64,000 bases of DNA from a virus (taxonomy: Duplodnaviria > Caudoviricetes): positions 14,375-78,374 of the IMG/VR virus record IMGVR_UViG_3300033463_000081; one strand, 5' to 3'. The translations under genes were made by a program, and so were the position numbers. A model generated the notes under the pieces. It worked only from the letters and a program-made list of their open reading frames with translations. It was not told the DNA's origin and ran no database searches. Below, piece after piece: positions 1 to 9,690 of this stretch (within the stretch, counting starts at the first letter, position 1; each line of letters starts with the position of its first letter).

Positions 1-137
1 TTTTGTGTTCGAGAGAATGGATGACGATGGAGAGTGGAAACAGCACATCGTTGATGTCAAAGGACGCAAAACGGCAGAGTACTCAATGAAAAGAAAACTG
101 ATGGCCGACATGGGCTATCGGATTGAGGAAGTGTGAT

Positions 138-551
138 ATGAGAATTATGCTTGACGAGGGAGCGTTCGCTCCGACACGGGCGCATCCTACGGACGCCGGG
201 CTTGACTTGAGAGCCAAAGAGCGTGTGAAGATATGGCCACAACTGTCCGCCACCATAGACACGGGCGTTCATGTCGAACTGCCCCACGGATACTACGGAA
301 AGATTGAGAGCAAGTCTGGGCTGAACGTGAAGCACAACATCGTCAGCTGCGGTGGGACGATTGACGAGCCGTACCGTGGGAGCATCGTGGTGAAGCTCTA
401 TAACCTCGGCGACAAAGCCTATGTCTTTGAACCGGGTGATAAGATAGCCCAGCTTGTAATACAACCGTATATCGCCCCGGAGATAGAGCTAGTTGGCGAA
501 CTCACGGAAACAGACCGTGGGAGCAACGGATTCGGCTCATCCGGGAGATAA
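138..551 (+). CDS. dut: Trimeric dUTPase
   Basis: Motifs AGLDL, IESKSGL, GTIDEPYRG, IAQL and C-terminal RGSNGFGSSG; ATG at 138 preferred over the ORF-track start at 123. Confidence 0.95.
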   Translation: MRIMLDEGAFAPTRAHPTDAGLDLRAKERVKIWPQLSATIDTGVHVELPHGYYGKIESKSGLNVKHNIVSCGGTIDEPYRGSIVVKLYNLGDKAYVFEPGDKIAQLVIQPYIAPEIELVGELTETDRGSNGFGSSGR

Positions 552-572
552 AGAGAAAGGGAGAAATGAGAT

Positions 573-944
573 ATGAAGAAACCGTCAGTGCTGTGGTGGG
601 TCGTGATAGCCGCCTTTGCGCTCGGAGAGGGAATCGTGCTGACCGTACTCGCCGTATGCCAAACGCTGTATGTCAGTGACCCTCTGCTGATATGCGGACT
701 CTGCGCGGGAATCACCATAGCGATAGCCATATTGTTCTCCGGGTTCACGGTGAAGAGCGAAACGGAGCATACATACGCAGAGTATGTTGAACTTGCCACC
801 AATGGCAAGAGGACAGACCGTCCTCTTCTGGACACCGACCCGGAGGACATCACGAAGATTGACGAACTGCTGAGAAAGGAGGACACCCATGTACAAGGGA
901 AAACACCTAAAGGAAAACACGAAGCGAAAGCCGCGAAAGCGTGA
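573..944 (+). CDS. Hypothetical two-TM membrane protein
   Basis: Two hydrophobic N-terminal segments; purine-rich RBS upstream. Confidence 0.6.
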   Translation: MKKPSVLWWVVIAAFALGEGIVLTVLAVCQTLYVSDPLLICGLCAGITIAIAILFSGFTVKSETEHTYAEYVELATNGKRTDRPLLDTDPEDITKIDELLRKEDTHVQGKTPKGKHEAKAAKA

Positions 945-1035
945 GATTCCGAAGACGGCGAACAACGTTGTCACGGTAAAGCGCCCCAAAAGCGTGGACT
1001 ATATCATAGCGGAGGTCAAGTCATGGGATGACTGA
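889..1035 (+). CDS. Small basic hypothetical protein (48 aa, not in ORF track)
   Basis: AAAGGAGG RBS then ATG 889; MYKGKHLKENTKRKPRKREIP...SWDD*. Confidence 0.55.
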   Translation: MYKGKHLKENTKRKPRKREIPKTANNVVTVKRPKSVDYIIAEVKSWDD

Positions 1036-1053
1036 CCCCTCCGAATAAATGAG

Positions 1054-1078
1054 AGCGCCGCAGAAATGCGGCGCTTTT
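1054..1078 (+). terminator. Rho-independent terminator
   Basis: AGCGCCGCA-GAAA-TGCGGCGCT followed by TTT. Confidence 0.8.
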
Positions 1079-1098
1079 CGTCATTTTGAACAAAAGCA

Positions 1099-1127
1099 TT
1101 GACAAACACAACATATTGTGGTATATG
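1099..1127 (+). promoter_or_regulatory. SigA-type promoter of the packaging/structural operon
   Basis: TTGACA-N17-TATATG with an extended -10 TG. Confidence 0.6.
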
Positions 1128-1149
1128 GTAATGTGAACCACAAGATGTT

Positions 1150-2235
1150 GTGTTTATGAGTTTAGCGAGAAAGGTTTTTATGGACGAGAACAGGGCCAAA
1201 AAGAAGTTATGCTGGCACTGCCGACGGGAACTCAACGATAAGAACAGTTGGAATCCTACAGACGGCTTTGACCGTGGTGCGCCCACGTTTTACTGCGTGA
1301 GCTGCCAAAACCAGTATTTCCTGCAACTGGCCAAAATCGTCGGAACCGACCTCGCTTATTTTTATTGCTGTGTTAAGTTCGATGTTCCCTATCTGCCGGA
1401 GAGAATCAAAGAATCCTACAAGTACCGCATAGAGTATGGGCCGTGGGGCGGATACATCGTGGCTCTCAGAGCGGCGAAACTCCACGAACTCGGCGGACGT
1501 TGGGCGGGATTCGCAGACGGAAACGTAGACATCAAGAAATCTTTCAGAGAACTGGCGGACATCGGCGCAGAGAGCGCCATCGAACTGTTGGAATCCAAGA
1601 GCAGGACGGCGGACGAGAACGCTTACTTTTGGGGCGTGTCCTACGGAGAATCCGGGGAAGCCTATACCGAGGCAGACTACGATGCCCTGAACCGTGTGTG
1701 GGATGCCATGACGGAGGGGCGAAGCGGAATCAGTTCTCAGTCTCGCATGGCGATTCAGGACATAGCGCGGTGGACTCTTGAGCGTGACAAGCTCATGGCT
1801 GCGAAAGAGTTCGATGACGCAAAGAAAGTCGATGCCATGATTGAGAAGCTGAAAGAATCCGAACAGCTTCGTAAAAAGGACGAACTCCCGCAAGACCGTG
1901 TTCGCATTGATGACATCGTGAAAGCCGTGGAACGCGCCGGCCTGAACATGATGGACTATGACGAGTTGTGCAGACAGCTTGCGACATACATGTTCCATAC
2001 GCCCTACGGCTATACGAGAGACGCCGCAGACCAAATGCTTCTGCTCATCCGAAACGCCACGGCGTTCAACGAGAACGTGCCGGAGATAGACCGTCTGCCC
2101 GACGAGTTCGCAATGGCAGATCCTCTCGGAGAATTTGCGCAGGAACAGGACGAAACGGAGAAACAGATATACAAAGACCTCGGGCTTGCGCCGCTGCATA
2201 TGAAAGGCGGTGACGCAGATGGCGGTAAACAGTAA
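1150..2235 (+). CDS. Putative terminase small subunit / Zn-ribbon protein
   Basis: Directly upstream of and overlapping TerL; N-terminal CxxC...CxxC; likely start is ATG 1180 after GAAAGG. Confidence 0.55.
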   Translation: MFMSLARKVFMDENRAKKKLCWHCRRELNDKNSWNPTDGFDRGAPTFYCVSCQNQYFLQLAKIVGTDLAYFYCCVKFDVPYLPERIKESYKYRIEYGPWGGYIVALRAAKLHELGGRWAGFADGNVDIKKSFRELADIGAESAIELLESKSRTADENAYFWGVSYGESGEAYTEADYDALNRVWDAMTEGRSGISSQSRMAIQDIARWTLERDKLMAAKEFDDAKKVDAMIEKLKESEQLRKKDELPQDRVRIDDIVKAVERAGLNMMDYDELCRQLATYMFHTPYGYTRDAADQMLLLIRNATAFNENVPEIDRLPDEFAMADPLGEFAQEQDETEKQIYKDLGLAPLHMKGGDADGGKQ

Positions 2236-4003
2236 AGACCGAGAGGGCATCAACTACGATGAGTTCGCAACGCCGACCTGGGCATTGTTGCTCTCATTCT
2301 TTCGCTGGTATCCCGACCTCCTTGAGGATATTTGCAGAGGAGAGAACGCTGAGTTCTCCAACAGCCTGATAAACCGGGTCATGAAGAGATACATGGCTCG
2401 ATATCAGGAAACTTTCACCACGGGTTCCCGCGGCATTGGCAAGACCACCACTGTGGTGGCCGACAAGTGCGACAAGGGAATCCTGTGGCCGGGAGAGATA
2501 ACCGGGTACTACGCCCCGGTCATGACGCAGGCGGCTCCCCTTGCGTCCAAAGCCTACGCCACTTATAAGCGGAACGTTCCGATACTGGCAGACCACTGGA
2601 TTAAGAACAGTGACACACGAGACCGTTTCAGAGTGACCACTCCGCACGGCTCCATGTTCATCATGAACATCGACCGCGGTATCGACACATCCGGCGTTGT
2701 GGCGGAAGAGTGTGCGCAGGAAGACCGCAATCCGTTCGACTGGGAAGATTTCAATCAAATCGTCCTCGGAACGAACCGACTTGCTTATAAGGTCAACGGG
2801 CGGGCGGACGAATCCCACGTTGATTCTCAGATACACTACATCACATCCGCCACTCGGCGTGAGAACGAAGCCTACGGAGTGTACATCAATCTGCGCAAGG
2901 CTATGCAGGACGGAGAAGACGCTTACGCCGTGAGTATGCCGTGGCAGGTTCCCGTCCTGGCGCGGATGAAATCGGTGAGCTACTACCGAATGCTGCGCAA
3001 GAAACTGACATCGGAACAGTTCATGCGTGAGTGTGAAGCAAAGTGGACGGGAAGCATAGAAAACCCCATCATCCGAGACGATGTACTTTCTGCAAGCCGA
3101 AAGCTGAAGGTGATGGAGGACAAGCACTGCGGTGACCCGGAATGCTTCTACATCATCGGCTATGACGTTAGCTCCCGTGACGTGATGAACAACGCCCTGA
3201 CCGCAATGGCTGTGGTCAAGTGCGAACGGCAGTATCACACGGATCTGGCAGACGAGTACCGCAAATCGCTCGTCTATGTGGAAGACCGAAAGCCACCGAA
3301 GACAGCAAGGGAACATGCCGCCATCATCAAGCGGCGTTGGAGAGATTACTGCATCGAAGAGGGGCGTCCCGCTTTCGTGGTGGTGGACGCAAGAAGCTAC
3401 GGTCTGAGCGTAATCGAGCATCTGCACGAAGACCTTGGAGATGGGCTCCCCCCCTTCCGCACGATGAACAATGACCTCACGTTTGCGGAGCTGGTACAGC
3501 CGGACGCCATCCCGTGTCTATACGCATTGCAGGCATCGGGAACGTCGGGCGCAGATCCGAACGCCGTCATGCTCGACTACATAGAGCGGGAGTTTGAGAG
3601 AGGGAATCTCCGCCTGCTTACATCGAACCTTTACGAGGGACTGCAGGCGTACAAACTCAAGCACGAAATCAAGGACGATATCCGAGACCCGGAGATACAG
3701 GCTCCCTACGGAGCAACGAACCGACTTGCGAGGCAGATAGGAAATCTGCAAAAGAAATACGGTGCGGTCGGATGGACAGAACAGCAGATAAACAAGAACA
3801 TCCAAAAGGATATGTGGTCTGCCCTGCTCTACGCCTGCCGGATAGCGCAAAGGTTGGAGAAATCCGAACTGTATGCGCAGAACCGCAGAAAGAACGAGTG
3901 GGAAGAACTTGCCCAAAAGTATGATGGTTACACCGGGGACTACGCACCGAACTCAAAGTTGGCAAAGCAGAGGCGCAGCGGAAGGCTGGGCGTGAAACGA
4001 TGA
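2210..4003 (+). CDS. terL: Terminase large subunit
   Basis: Walker A GSRGIGKT, Walker B-like VVAEE, RNase H-like nuclease acidic motifs IIGYDVS and KDMWSAL. Confidence 0.9.
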   Translation: MTQMAVNSKDREGINYDEFATPTWALLLSFFRWYPDLLEDICRGENAEFSNSLINRVMKRYMARYQETFTTGSRGIGKTTTVVADKCDKGILWPGEITGYYAPVMTQAAPLASKAYATYKRNVPILADHWIKNSDTRDRFRVTTPHGSMFIMNIDRGIDTSGVVAEECAQEDRNPFDWEDFNQIVLGTNRLAYKVNGRADESHVDSQIHYITSATRRENEAYGVYINLRKAMQDGEDAYAVSMPWQVPVLARMKSVSYYRMLRKKLTSEQFMRECEAKWTGSIENPIIRDDVLSASRKLKVMEDKHCGDPECFYIIGYDVSSRDVMNNALTAMAVVKCERQYHTDLADEYRKSLVYVEDRKPPKTAREHAAIIKRRWRDYCIEEGRPAFVVVDARSYGLSVIEHLHEDLGDGLPPFRTMNNDLTFAELVQPDAIPCLYALQASGTSGADPNAVMLDYIEREFERGNLRLLTSNLYEGLQAYKLKHEIKDDIRDPEIQAPYGATNRLARQIGNLQKKYGAVGWTEQQINKNIQKDMWSALLYACRIAQRLEKSELYAQNRRKNEWEELAQKYDGYTGDYAPNSKLAKQRRSGRLGVKR

Positions 4004-4323
4004 ACAGACTATGGGTATGCCGGTCTACGGCAGAAAATATAACGCGGGCGGAGAAGTACGAATACTTCAAAGCCAACGATAAATACTGCCTTGTCATTAC
4101 GGATGAAACGCCTGAGAAAATGGCGGAAGTCACGAGTGACGCCGCCCGTTCTCTTACCATGCAGGATTGGGAATGGATACAGACGGTCGGCGCAAAAATC
4201 AAGGCAGAGCAGGAGTATAAGGCGTTCACCGAGAAACAGAAAGAGTTCTTGGTACGCTTCGAGGAAGAGTTGAAAGGGAGAATGACCGATGGCAGAAACC
4301 CCGATGGTGACGGAACAGGTTAA
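4000..4323 (+). CDS. Hypothetical protein
   Basis: ATGA overlap with the terL stop; in-operon. Confidence 0.6.
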   Translation: MNRLWVCRSTAENITRAEKYEYFKANDKYCLVITDETPEKMAEVTSDAARSLTMQDWEWIQTVGAKIKAEQEYKAFTEKQKEFLVRFEEELKGRMTDGRNPDGDGTG

Positions 4324-6103
4324 TACCGACACTTGGGCGGAGCTTGCCAAGGGCATCAAGCGCCTGAACGGTCAGTACGGCTCTCTCGGAATGGGTTCCA
4401 TCTTCTCCGCGTGGACAGCGGCTGGAGGAATGAGCCTGTTCACCAGTTGGCCCCAAATCCAAAACTCAAGGATAAAGGGAATCAACACAAGAGCGGCCGA
4501 TTACACCAAAGACCAAATCGCCGAGATGGTTCAGAATCCATCTGCGAACGAGCGTCCGCTCCGCGCCGTGTCCGCGGCGTTGGACACTTCGGCGATGACC
4601 TATGCCATCATCCTCGATGCCTATCAGAATATCCCAACCTATGACTGGTACGTTTATCCCTCTGAGGGATTGGACGAGGTTGGGTTCAAACAGATGCTCC
4701 GTGATTTCGTGCTTGTGCAGAAACTCGCCGACAAGATGAACCCGAGCGCTACGGCTCGGAAAATCAACGGCCAGTGCGCCAAGTACGGAAAGGTTTTTTA
4801 CACGCCGAGATATGACGTGGATAAATCCCACAGCAAAGTGAAGTACGCTTTCCTGCAACAGCTTCCTACCGACTGGTGCATGATTGTCGGAGAGAACAAC
4901 GGACCGGGGAAATACACCGTGGCGTTCAATCTGATGTATTTCTGCACTCCCGGCACTGACCCGCGCCAATTTGGAGACCTCTTCCTCCCCTACATGGATG
5001 CGTTTGGCGAAGTCATTGAGGAGAGAAGCAGTTACATATACACATCGAAGGGGCAACGATACGGAATCAACGCCGAACGGTTCCGTGCCAACGAAACGGG
5101 AGCCACGGTGGGAAATCCCACTTGGTATCAGGTGGGAACAGTTAATTATTACTGGGTCAACCTGCCTGCGGATAAGGTCATCGTGTTTGAGCGCAATGAC
5201 CGTGTGGTGGACAACATCCCTGAAACAACGGGCATGATGGTGAGCATGGCGCAGATACCCGCGTATGAGGCTGCGCAGTTGGAGATAATCCTAAACCCGC
5301 TGACCTCCATCATGACGGGCGAACTGCCGATGTACGATACGCAAGGAGTTCCCGGAGCAGACCCCATAGCCATATCCCCGGCGCAGAGGGAACTGTTCGA
5401 GTCTTTTTGGTATCAGATGCTTTCGGCGAACAATACGTCCGGCATTGGGCTTTATCTCGCTCCGGCGAAGAACATGAAGCTGCAGACGATAACGGACTCC
5501 GTGAGTTCCACGTCCATTGCGGAACACGCCTATTCCGATCAGGTGCAGAAAGCCGGACTCGCTTCCGTGATACCCACATCCGAAGACCCAAAGGTCGGCG
5601 TTGCGGAACTGTCCGCCAAGATAGCGGCGCGGAAAGTACAGCCCATATACAGTACATTCGCCACCATGATGAACGCCATTTTTGAGAGCCTGAATCTCAA
5701 GACCACAATGCGGTTCAATATGTTTGGCGATGTGTTCAGCCGTGAGCATGAGATGGAGCAAGCCCGCAAGGACATGACGCTCGGACTCATGGAGGCTACG
5801 TTCAAATATAACGCCATGATGGGACACAGCCTGCTTGACGATTTGGCAATCAGCAAGTTCGTGGTCGAAAGTGGCATCATGAACCGCAGACAGCCGCTCA
5901 TCTCCACATATAGTGCAAGGCAGAGGGACGGTACGCTTCCTCCGCAGGCGGCGCAGGAACTCAATCCGGGCGGAAGACCGCCGGAAGACGGCAGCGAATC
6001 CGGGCAGAAACAGAGAGACCTTCTTCCCGGTGGCGGTGGGGGCGGAGATGTCGCTCCCACGCATAGGGTAGACCCCAGAGACCATTGGGATGATTTCGAT
6101 TAA
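4289..6103 (+). CDS. Portal protein
   Basis: 604 aa, located between TerL and protease/scaffold; assigned by synteny and size. Confidence 0.75.
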   Translation: MAETPMVTEQVNTDTWAELAKGIKRLNGQYGSLGMGSIFSAWTAAGGMSLFTSWPQIQNSRIKGINTRAADYTKDQIAEMVQNPSANERPLRAVSAALDTSAMTYAIILDAYQNIPTYDWYVYPSEGLDEVGFKQMLRDFVLVQKLADKMNPSATARKINGQCAKYGKVFYTPRYDVDKSHSKVKYAFLQQLPTDWCMIVGENNGPGKYTVAFNLMYFCTPGTDPRQFGDLFLPYMDAFGEVIEERSSYIYTSKGQRYGINAERFRANETGATVGNPTWYQVGTVNYYWVNLPADKVIVFERNDRVVDNIPETTGMMVSMAQIPAYEAAQLEIILNPLTSIMTGELPMYDTQGVPGADPIAISPAQRELFESFWYQMLSANNTSGIGLYLAPAKNMKLQTITDSVSSTSIAEHAYSDQVQKAGLASVIPTSEDPKVGVAELSAKIAARKVQPIYSTFATMMNAIFESLNLKTTMRFNMFGDVFSREHEMEQARKDMTLGLMEATFKYNAMMGHSLLDDLAISKFVVESGIMNRRQPLISTYSARQRDGTLPPQAAQELNPGGRPPEDGSESGQKQRDLLPGGGGGGDVAPTHRVDPRDHWDDFD

Positions 6104-6109
6104 GAAAGG

Positions 6110-7591
6110 GTGAGGCAGATGGAAAAGAACAGAGCGTTTACCGGGCAGCTCAAGGTAATGGAAACTGCCAACCCAAAGCTCTACGCCGTGGAAATCATGG
6201 CGCTGAACTCACTGGTGAACAGAAACAACTGGCAGTATGTGAACCTTGAGAAGCACCTGAATGAATTTCTGGATATCCCCATTCTGACCGCCTATGTCGG
6301 CGGCGGGATGGTTGTCGGGGACGGCCACAACTACAACATGAAGACCGACCCGAACACGGGAGAGCAGTATGCGTCCTTTACCGCGTCAGATGCCGAGCGC
6401 ATCGTGGGATGGATTCCAAAAGACCCTGAGAACGTCCGACTGGAAGTCGTTGACGGAACGGAATGGGTCATCGTCAAAGGGAATCTCTGGGCGTGGTACG
6501 CAAAAGAACTCGTAGACCAAATTGCCAGACAGGGTGGCATGGAGGTTTCGATAGAAACATTGGTGACGGACGAGCGCCAGGGAGAGGACGGAGTGGATAT
6601 CGAGGAGAAATATTTAGTCCTCGGAATCACGATACTTGGCAACGGCGTTGAGCCTGCCGTAGCCGGGGCGAACATCAAGACCCTCTCCGAACTTTCGGAA
6701 CTGCGGAGCAACATGGCGGAAAACATTTTGAAAGCCGCCAGCTACGCAAAACCGAATGACGTCCGAGAGGAAGACGAGCCGGAAGACGAACCGACCGAAG
6801 ATGAGCCGGAGGAGCCTGACGAGGAGCCTTCCGAAGAATCCCCCAAAGACAATGAAAACAAAGGAGTGAAAAAGTCCATGACCTATTTCAGCCGCAAGCA
6901 GCTTGCGGAACTGGGCAAAAAGTTCCCGGACTATAAGGTTCTTGCCGCCGTGCAGACGGAGGCGGGAGATATCCGGGTGTGCCTGATGTCGAAGGACGCC
7001 AACACTTCTGTCTACAAGATGGATAGCATCGACGAAACCATCGTGCCGGAGAAATTCCGCAGTTCTACCACCAAGGTCAACTTTGATATCGGTGAGGACT
7101 GCGACAACGCCGAGGTCGATACCTGCGAGGTCATCGACTCTCTTTCTGCGGAACTGGCCGAGGCTTGCAACAATGCGTCCGACATGGAGCAGAAGCTGAA
7201 CGCAGCCAACGAGCGCATCAAGGCGATGGAAACCGCCGAACGCGCCCGCCGTGTGCAGGCCGCCAAGGACAAGGCTCATGCCGTCCTGAATGGTCTGAAT
7301 GCCAACCGCGCCGCCAAAGCGCAGTTTGAGGACTCCATCCTCAATTCCGTCATCTCCGACATCGACGCCGGTAAATACACTGAGCGCGTCAACTCCGACG
7401 GCCTGTGGGTCGGCGATGCCGAAGTCGAGCGTGACGTTTCCTTCCTCTGCATGAACGAGCAGAAGGAAATGGACAGAAAGGCCAAGGAAGCCGCTGAGAC
7501 CACCTTCGCCTACAATAAGTTCCTCAATGATAAGGGCGACCAGCCCGACAGCATCGAGGGCCTGCTGTCCGATCTGGACAAAATCATCTAA
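6110..7591 (+). CDS. Prohead protease-scaffold fusion
   Basis: Globular N-terminus, acidic E/P linker, coiled-coil C-terminus; precedes the head genes. Confidence 0.7.
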   Translation: MRQMEKNRAFTGQLKVMETANPKLYAVEIMALNSLVNRNNWQYVNLEKHLNEFLDIPILTAYVGGGMVVGDGHNYNMKTDPNTGEQYASFTASDAERIVGWIPKDPENVRLEVVDGTEWVIVKGNLWAWYAKELVDQIARQGGMEVSIETLVTDERQGEDGVDIEEKYLVLGITILGNGVEPAVAGANIKTLSELSELRSNMAENILKAASYAKPNDVREEDEPEDEPTEDEPEEPDEEPSEESPKDNENKGVKKSMTYFSRKQLAELGKKFPDYKVLAAVQTEAGDIRVCLMSKDANTSVYKMDSIDETIVPEKFRSSTTKVNFDIGEDCDNAEVDTCEVIDSLSAELAEACNNASDMEQKLNAANERIKAMETAERARRVQAAKDKAHAVLNGLNANRAAKAQFEDSILNSVISDIDAGKYTERVNSDGLWVGDAEVERDVSFLCMNEQKEMDRKAKEAAETTFAYNKFLNDKGDQPDSIEGLLSDLDKII

Positions 7592-7609
7592 TAGGAGAGT
7601 GAGACAATA

Positions 7610-8191
7610 ATGGCTTTTATTGCTAACACCGCGTTCGAGGCCCGCATCGTAAACGACCGTTTCGATGACCTCGCCAATATCGCCGGGAAGTATTTTGTCT
7701 CCACGACCGCTACCGATTGCTCCGCCGGTCAGCTGTGCGTCCGCGACAGCCTGCTGGACTGCGAGGGCTTCAGCGGCGTGAAGAATGAAAACACTTGGAA
7801 GATGGTCAAGGCGACCAACTCCACCACCGCCGGTACGCCCATCTACGCCTGCGACCCCCACGACTGGCCGCTTGCCTCCGTTAAGGGCGAACTTTATGCC
7901 GTCGGGACTGAGACCCTCGGCCTCGGCATTCCCGCCGGACGCTACGGCTCCTTCCGCCGCGTCCACTTCGACGGCGAATCTGTCTATCGCTTCGGCGTGG
8001 GCAACCTGAGTGCTTCTCTGAGCACCAACACATTTTTCACTATCAGCGCCGACGGCCTGCTGACTCCCGCCGCCTCCGCTCCCGTCACTGCCGGAACTCC
8101 CTATTTCAAGCTGATGGGAAGCGGCAACTTTACCGAGGGTACGAGCGCCAGCTTCGGCTACGTCGATTGCTTGGCCTGCGTCGCTGAATGA
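7610..8191 (+). CDS. Head decoration/cement-like protein
   Basis: 193 aa, small-residue rich, strongly biased codons, immediately before MCP. Confidence 0.55.
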   Translation: MAFIANTAFEARIVNDRFDDLANIAGKYFVSTTATDCSAGQLCVRDSLLDCEGFSGVKNENTWKMVKATNSTTAGTPIYACDPHDWPLASVKGELYAVGTETLGLGIPAGRYGSFRRVHFDGESVYRFGVGNLSASLSTNTFFTISADGLLTPAASAPVTAGTPYFKLMGSGNFTEGTSASFGYVDCLACVAE

Positions 8192-8206
8192 GGGAGGTAA
8201 CGAATA

Positions 8207-9442
8207 ATGAAACTTTCTCTTAACAGCATCAACCCCGGTGTGTTCAAGGTTTCCGCCGAGGACACCGTAGATAACAGCAACGCCCGCGCCACTATCGTTG
8301 GAACCGGCCGTATGCTCGCTTACGAGTACGCCCGCAAGGGTGCTATGGCTGTCCGTGCCGCTATGGGCAACAAGGACAACGAGATTGCCTCTGTCCTGTC
8401 TGCCGAGAAGTACAAGGAAGCCAACACCAAGTTCCAAGCGGCCCACCTGCTGTACGCCGCTCGTCAGGCTGACGCCGTGCTCGGTCGCAAAGGCCCCGCC
8501 GACTTCGAGGAGTTCAAGCGCAACGGCAAGAACTACGTCAACAACGACCTGTTCCTGAAGGTTCTGATGGGCATCTATCAGGAGATTCTGACCCCCATCC
8601 TGCCCCGCGTCTACAGCGAGGCCGTTGGTGTGTTCGCCGAGGTCGTGGAAGTTCCCTTCGGTGAGACCCACATGATTAGCATCACGTCGAATGATATTGT
8701 CTGCTTCCAAGACTCCGCTTGGGGCGCTTCCCGTAGCGTTCCCCGCAACCGTTTCTACAGCAAGGACGTTGTGCTGAATCCCCAGCCCCGCACCGCGCAA
8801 ATCAATGCGAAGTGGACTCAGCTGGTCGGCACGAACACCGACTTCGGTCAGTTCTTTGCGAACATCACCGCCGGTATGTACGCCAAGACGATGGGTCTGT
8901 GGAATGCCGCTATGTCTGCCGCCATTCTGGACACCTCCCTTGTCCCCTCTAATCTGAGCGTGACCTTCAGCACTCAGAACTGGGTCAAGCTGGCGAACCG
9001 TCTGAGCGCCGTGAACAACACGCCCATCAGCAACGCTATCGCTTGGGGTTCCTATCCCGCACTGGCGCAGATTCTTCCCTCTGACGTGACCGGCTCCACC
9101 AACGTGAACATGGATGCCGCCATCGCCACTCTGCTGGGCGCTGACTACACCCGTGCCGGTTATCTGGGCGAGTTCATGGCTGTGCGTCTGATGCCTCTGG
9201 TCGATGTCATCATCCCCGGCACTCAGAACACCACTGTGTCCACCATGCTGTCCGACTCCACCGCTTATATGATGAGCGGCAACGGTCGCAAGCCCCTGAC
9301 CATCGGCTATACCGAGGGTACTCCTATCACCCTTGAGGTTGACCCCTCCAAGGCTGGCGATATGGAGATTGCCATCAACATCACGATGGGCGTCGATTCT
9401 GTGGCAGTTTTCGCTGACCACATCGGTGTGATTAATTTCTAA
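8207..9442 (+). CDS. Major capsid protein
   Basis: 411 aa, strong codon bias, GGAGG RBS, followed by a hairpin terminator; synteny. Confidence 0.8.
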   Translation: MKLSLNSINPGVFKVSAEDTVDNSNARATIVGTGRMLAYEYARKGAMAVRAAMGNKDNEIASVLSAEKYKEANTKFQAAHLLYAARQADAVLGRKGPADFEEFKRNGKNYVNNDLFLKVLMGIYQEILTPILPRVYSEAVGVFAEVVEVPFGETHMISITSNDIVCFQDSAWGASRSVPRNRFYSKDVVLNPQPRTAQINAKWTQLVGTNTDFGQFFANITAGMYAKTMGLWNAAMSAAILDTSLVPSNLSVTFSTQNWVKLANRLSAVNNTPISNAIAWGSYPALAQILPSDVTGSTNVNMDAAIATLLGADYTRAGYLGEFMAVRLMPLVDVIIPGTQNTTVSTMLSDSTAYMMSGNGRKPLTIGYTEGTPITLEVDPSKAGDMEIAINITMGVDSVAVFADHIGVINF

Positions 9443-9446
9443 TTTC

Positions 9447-9471
9447 ATAGGGGCGGGCAATCCGCCCCTAT
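9447..9471 (+). terminator. GC hairpin after MCP
   Basis: ATAGGGGCGG arm pairing with CCGCCCCTAT across a short loop; no long U tract. Confidence 0.6.
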
Positions 9472-9477
9472 CCATAT

Positions 9478-9548
9478 GCTGACATAGCTCAGTGGGAGAG
9501 CGGTAGATTTCAATCTACAGACGTTGGTTCGATTCCAACTGGACAGAG
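9478..9548 (+). pseudogene. Pseudo-tRNA / tRNA-like RNA
   Basis: Intact D arm (GCTC/GAGC) and T arm (GTTGG-TTCGATT-CCAAC); 6-nt anticodon loop TTTCAA; broken acceptor 3' strand; no CCA. Confidence 0.65.
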
Positions 9549-9645
9549 GGTGCAACGCTAGACCAAAAGCGGAGGGCCGGTAGGAAACGGTATGAATCCG
9601 GCAGTAGAACTGGAAATGCGAATGTAGTACGGGACCGGCCCAACT
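9549..9645 (+). ncRNA. Structured intergenic RNA fused to the pseudo-tRNA
   Basis: CGCT/AGCG hairpin; 8-bp GGGCCGGT/ACCGGCCC stem enclosing CGG/CCG and CAGT/ACTG hairpins. Confidence 0.4.
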
Positions 9646-9690
9646 TAAAAAATGAATAACAATAGCTAAAAAGGAGAAAGTTAGACGGCT

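Noticed and set aside
6614-9475. 953-aa minus-strand ORF (likewise 9883-11643, 2294-3427 and 36116-37249)
   Set aside because: These are antisense shadows of strongly codon-biased real genes; no RBS and no recognisable motifs
9503-9518. Possible UGA-suppressor tRNA (TCA in the loop) and genetic recoding
   Set aside because: The loop has 6 nt and the acceptor is broken; many genes end cleanly in TGA with ATGA coupling, and the standard code gives intact ORFs
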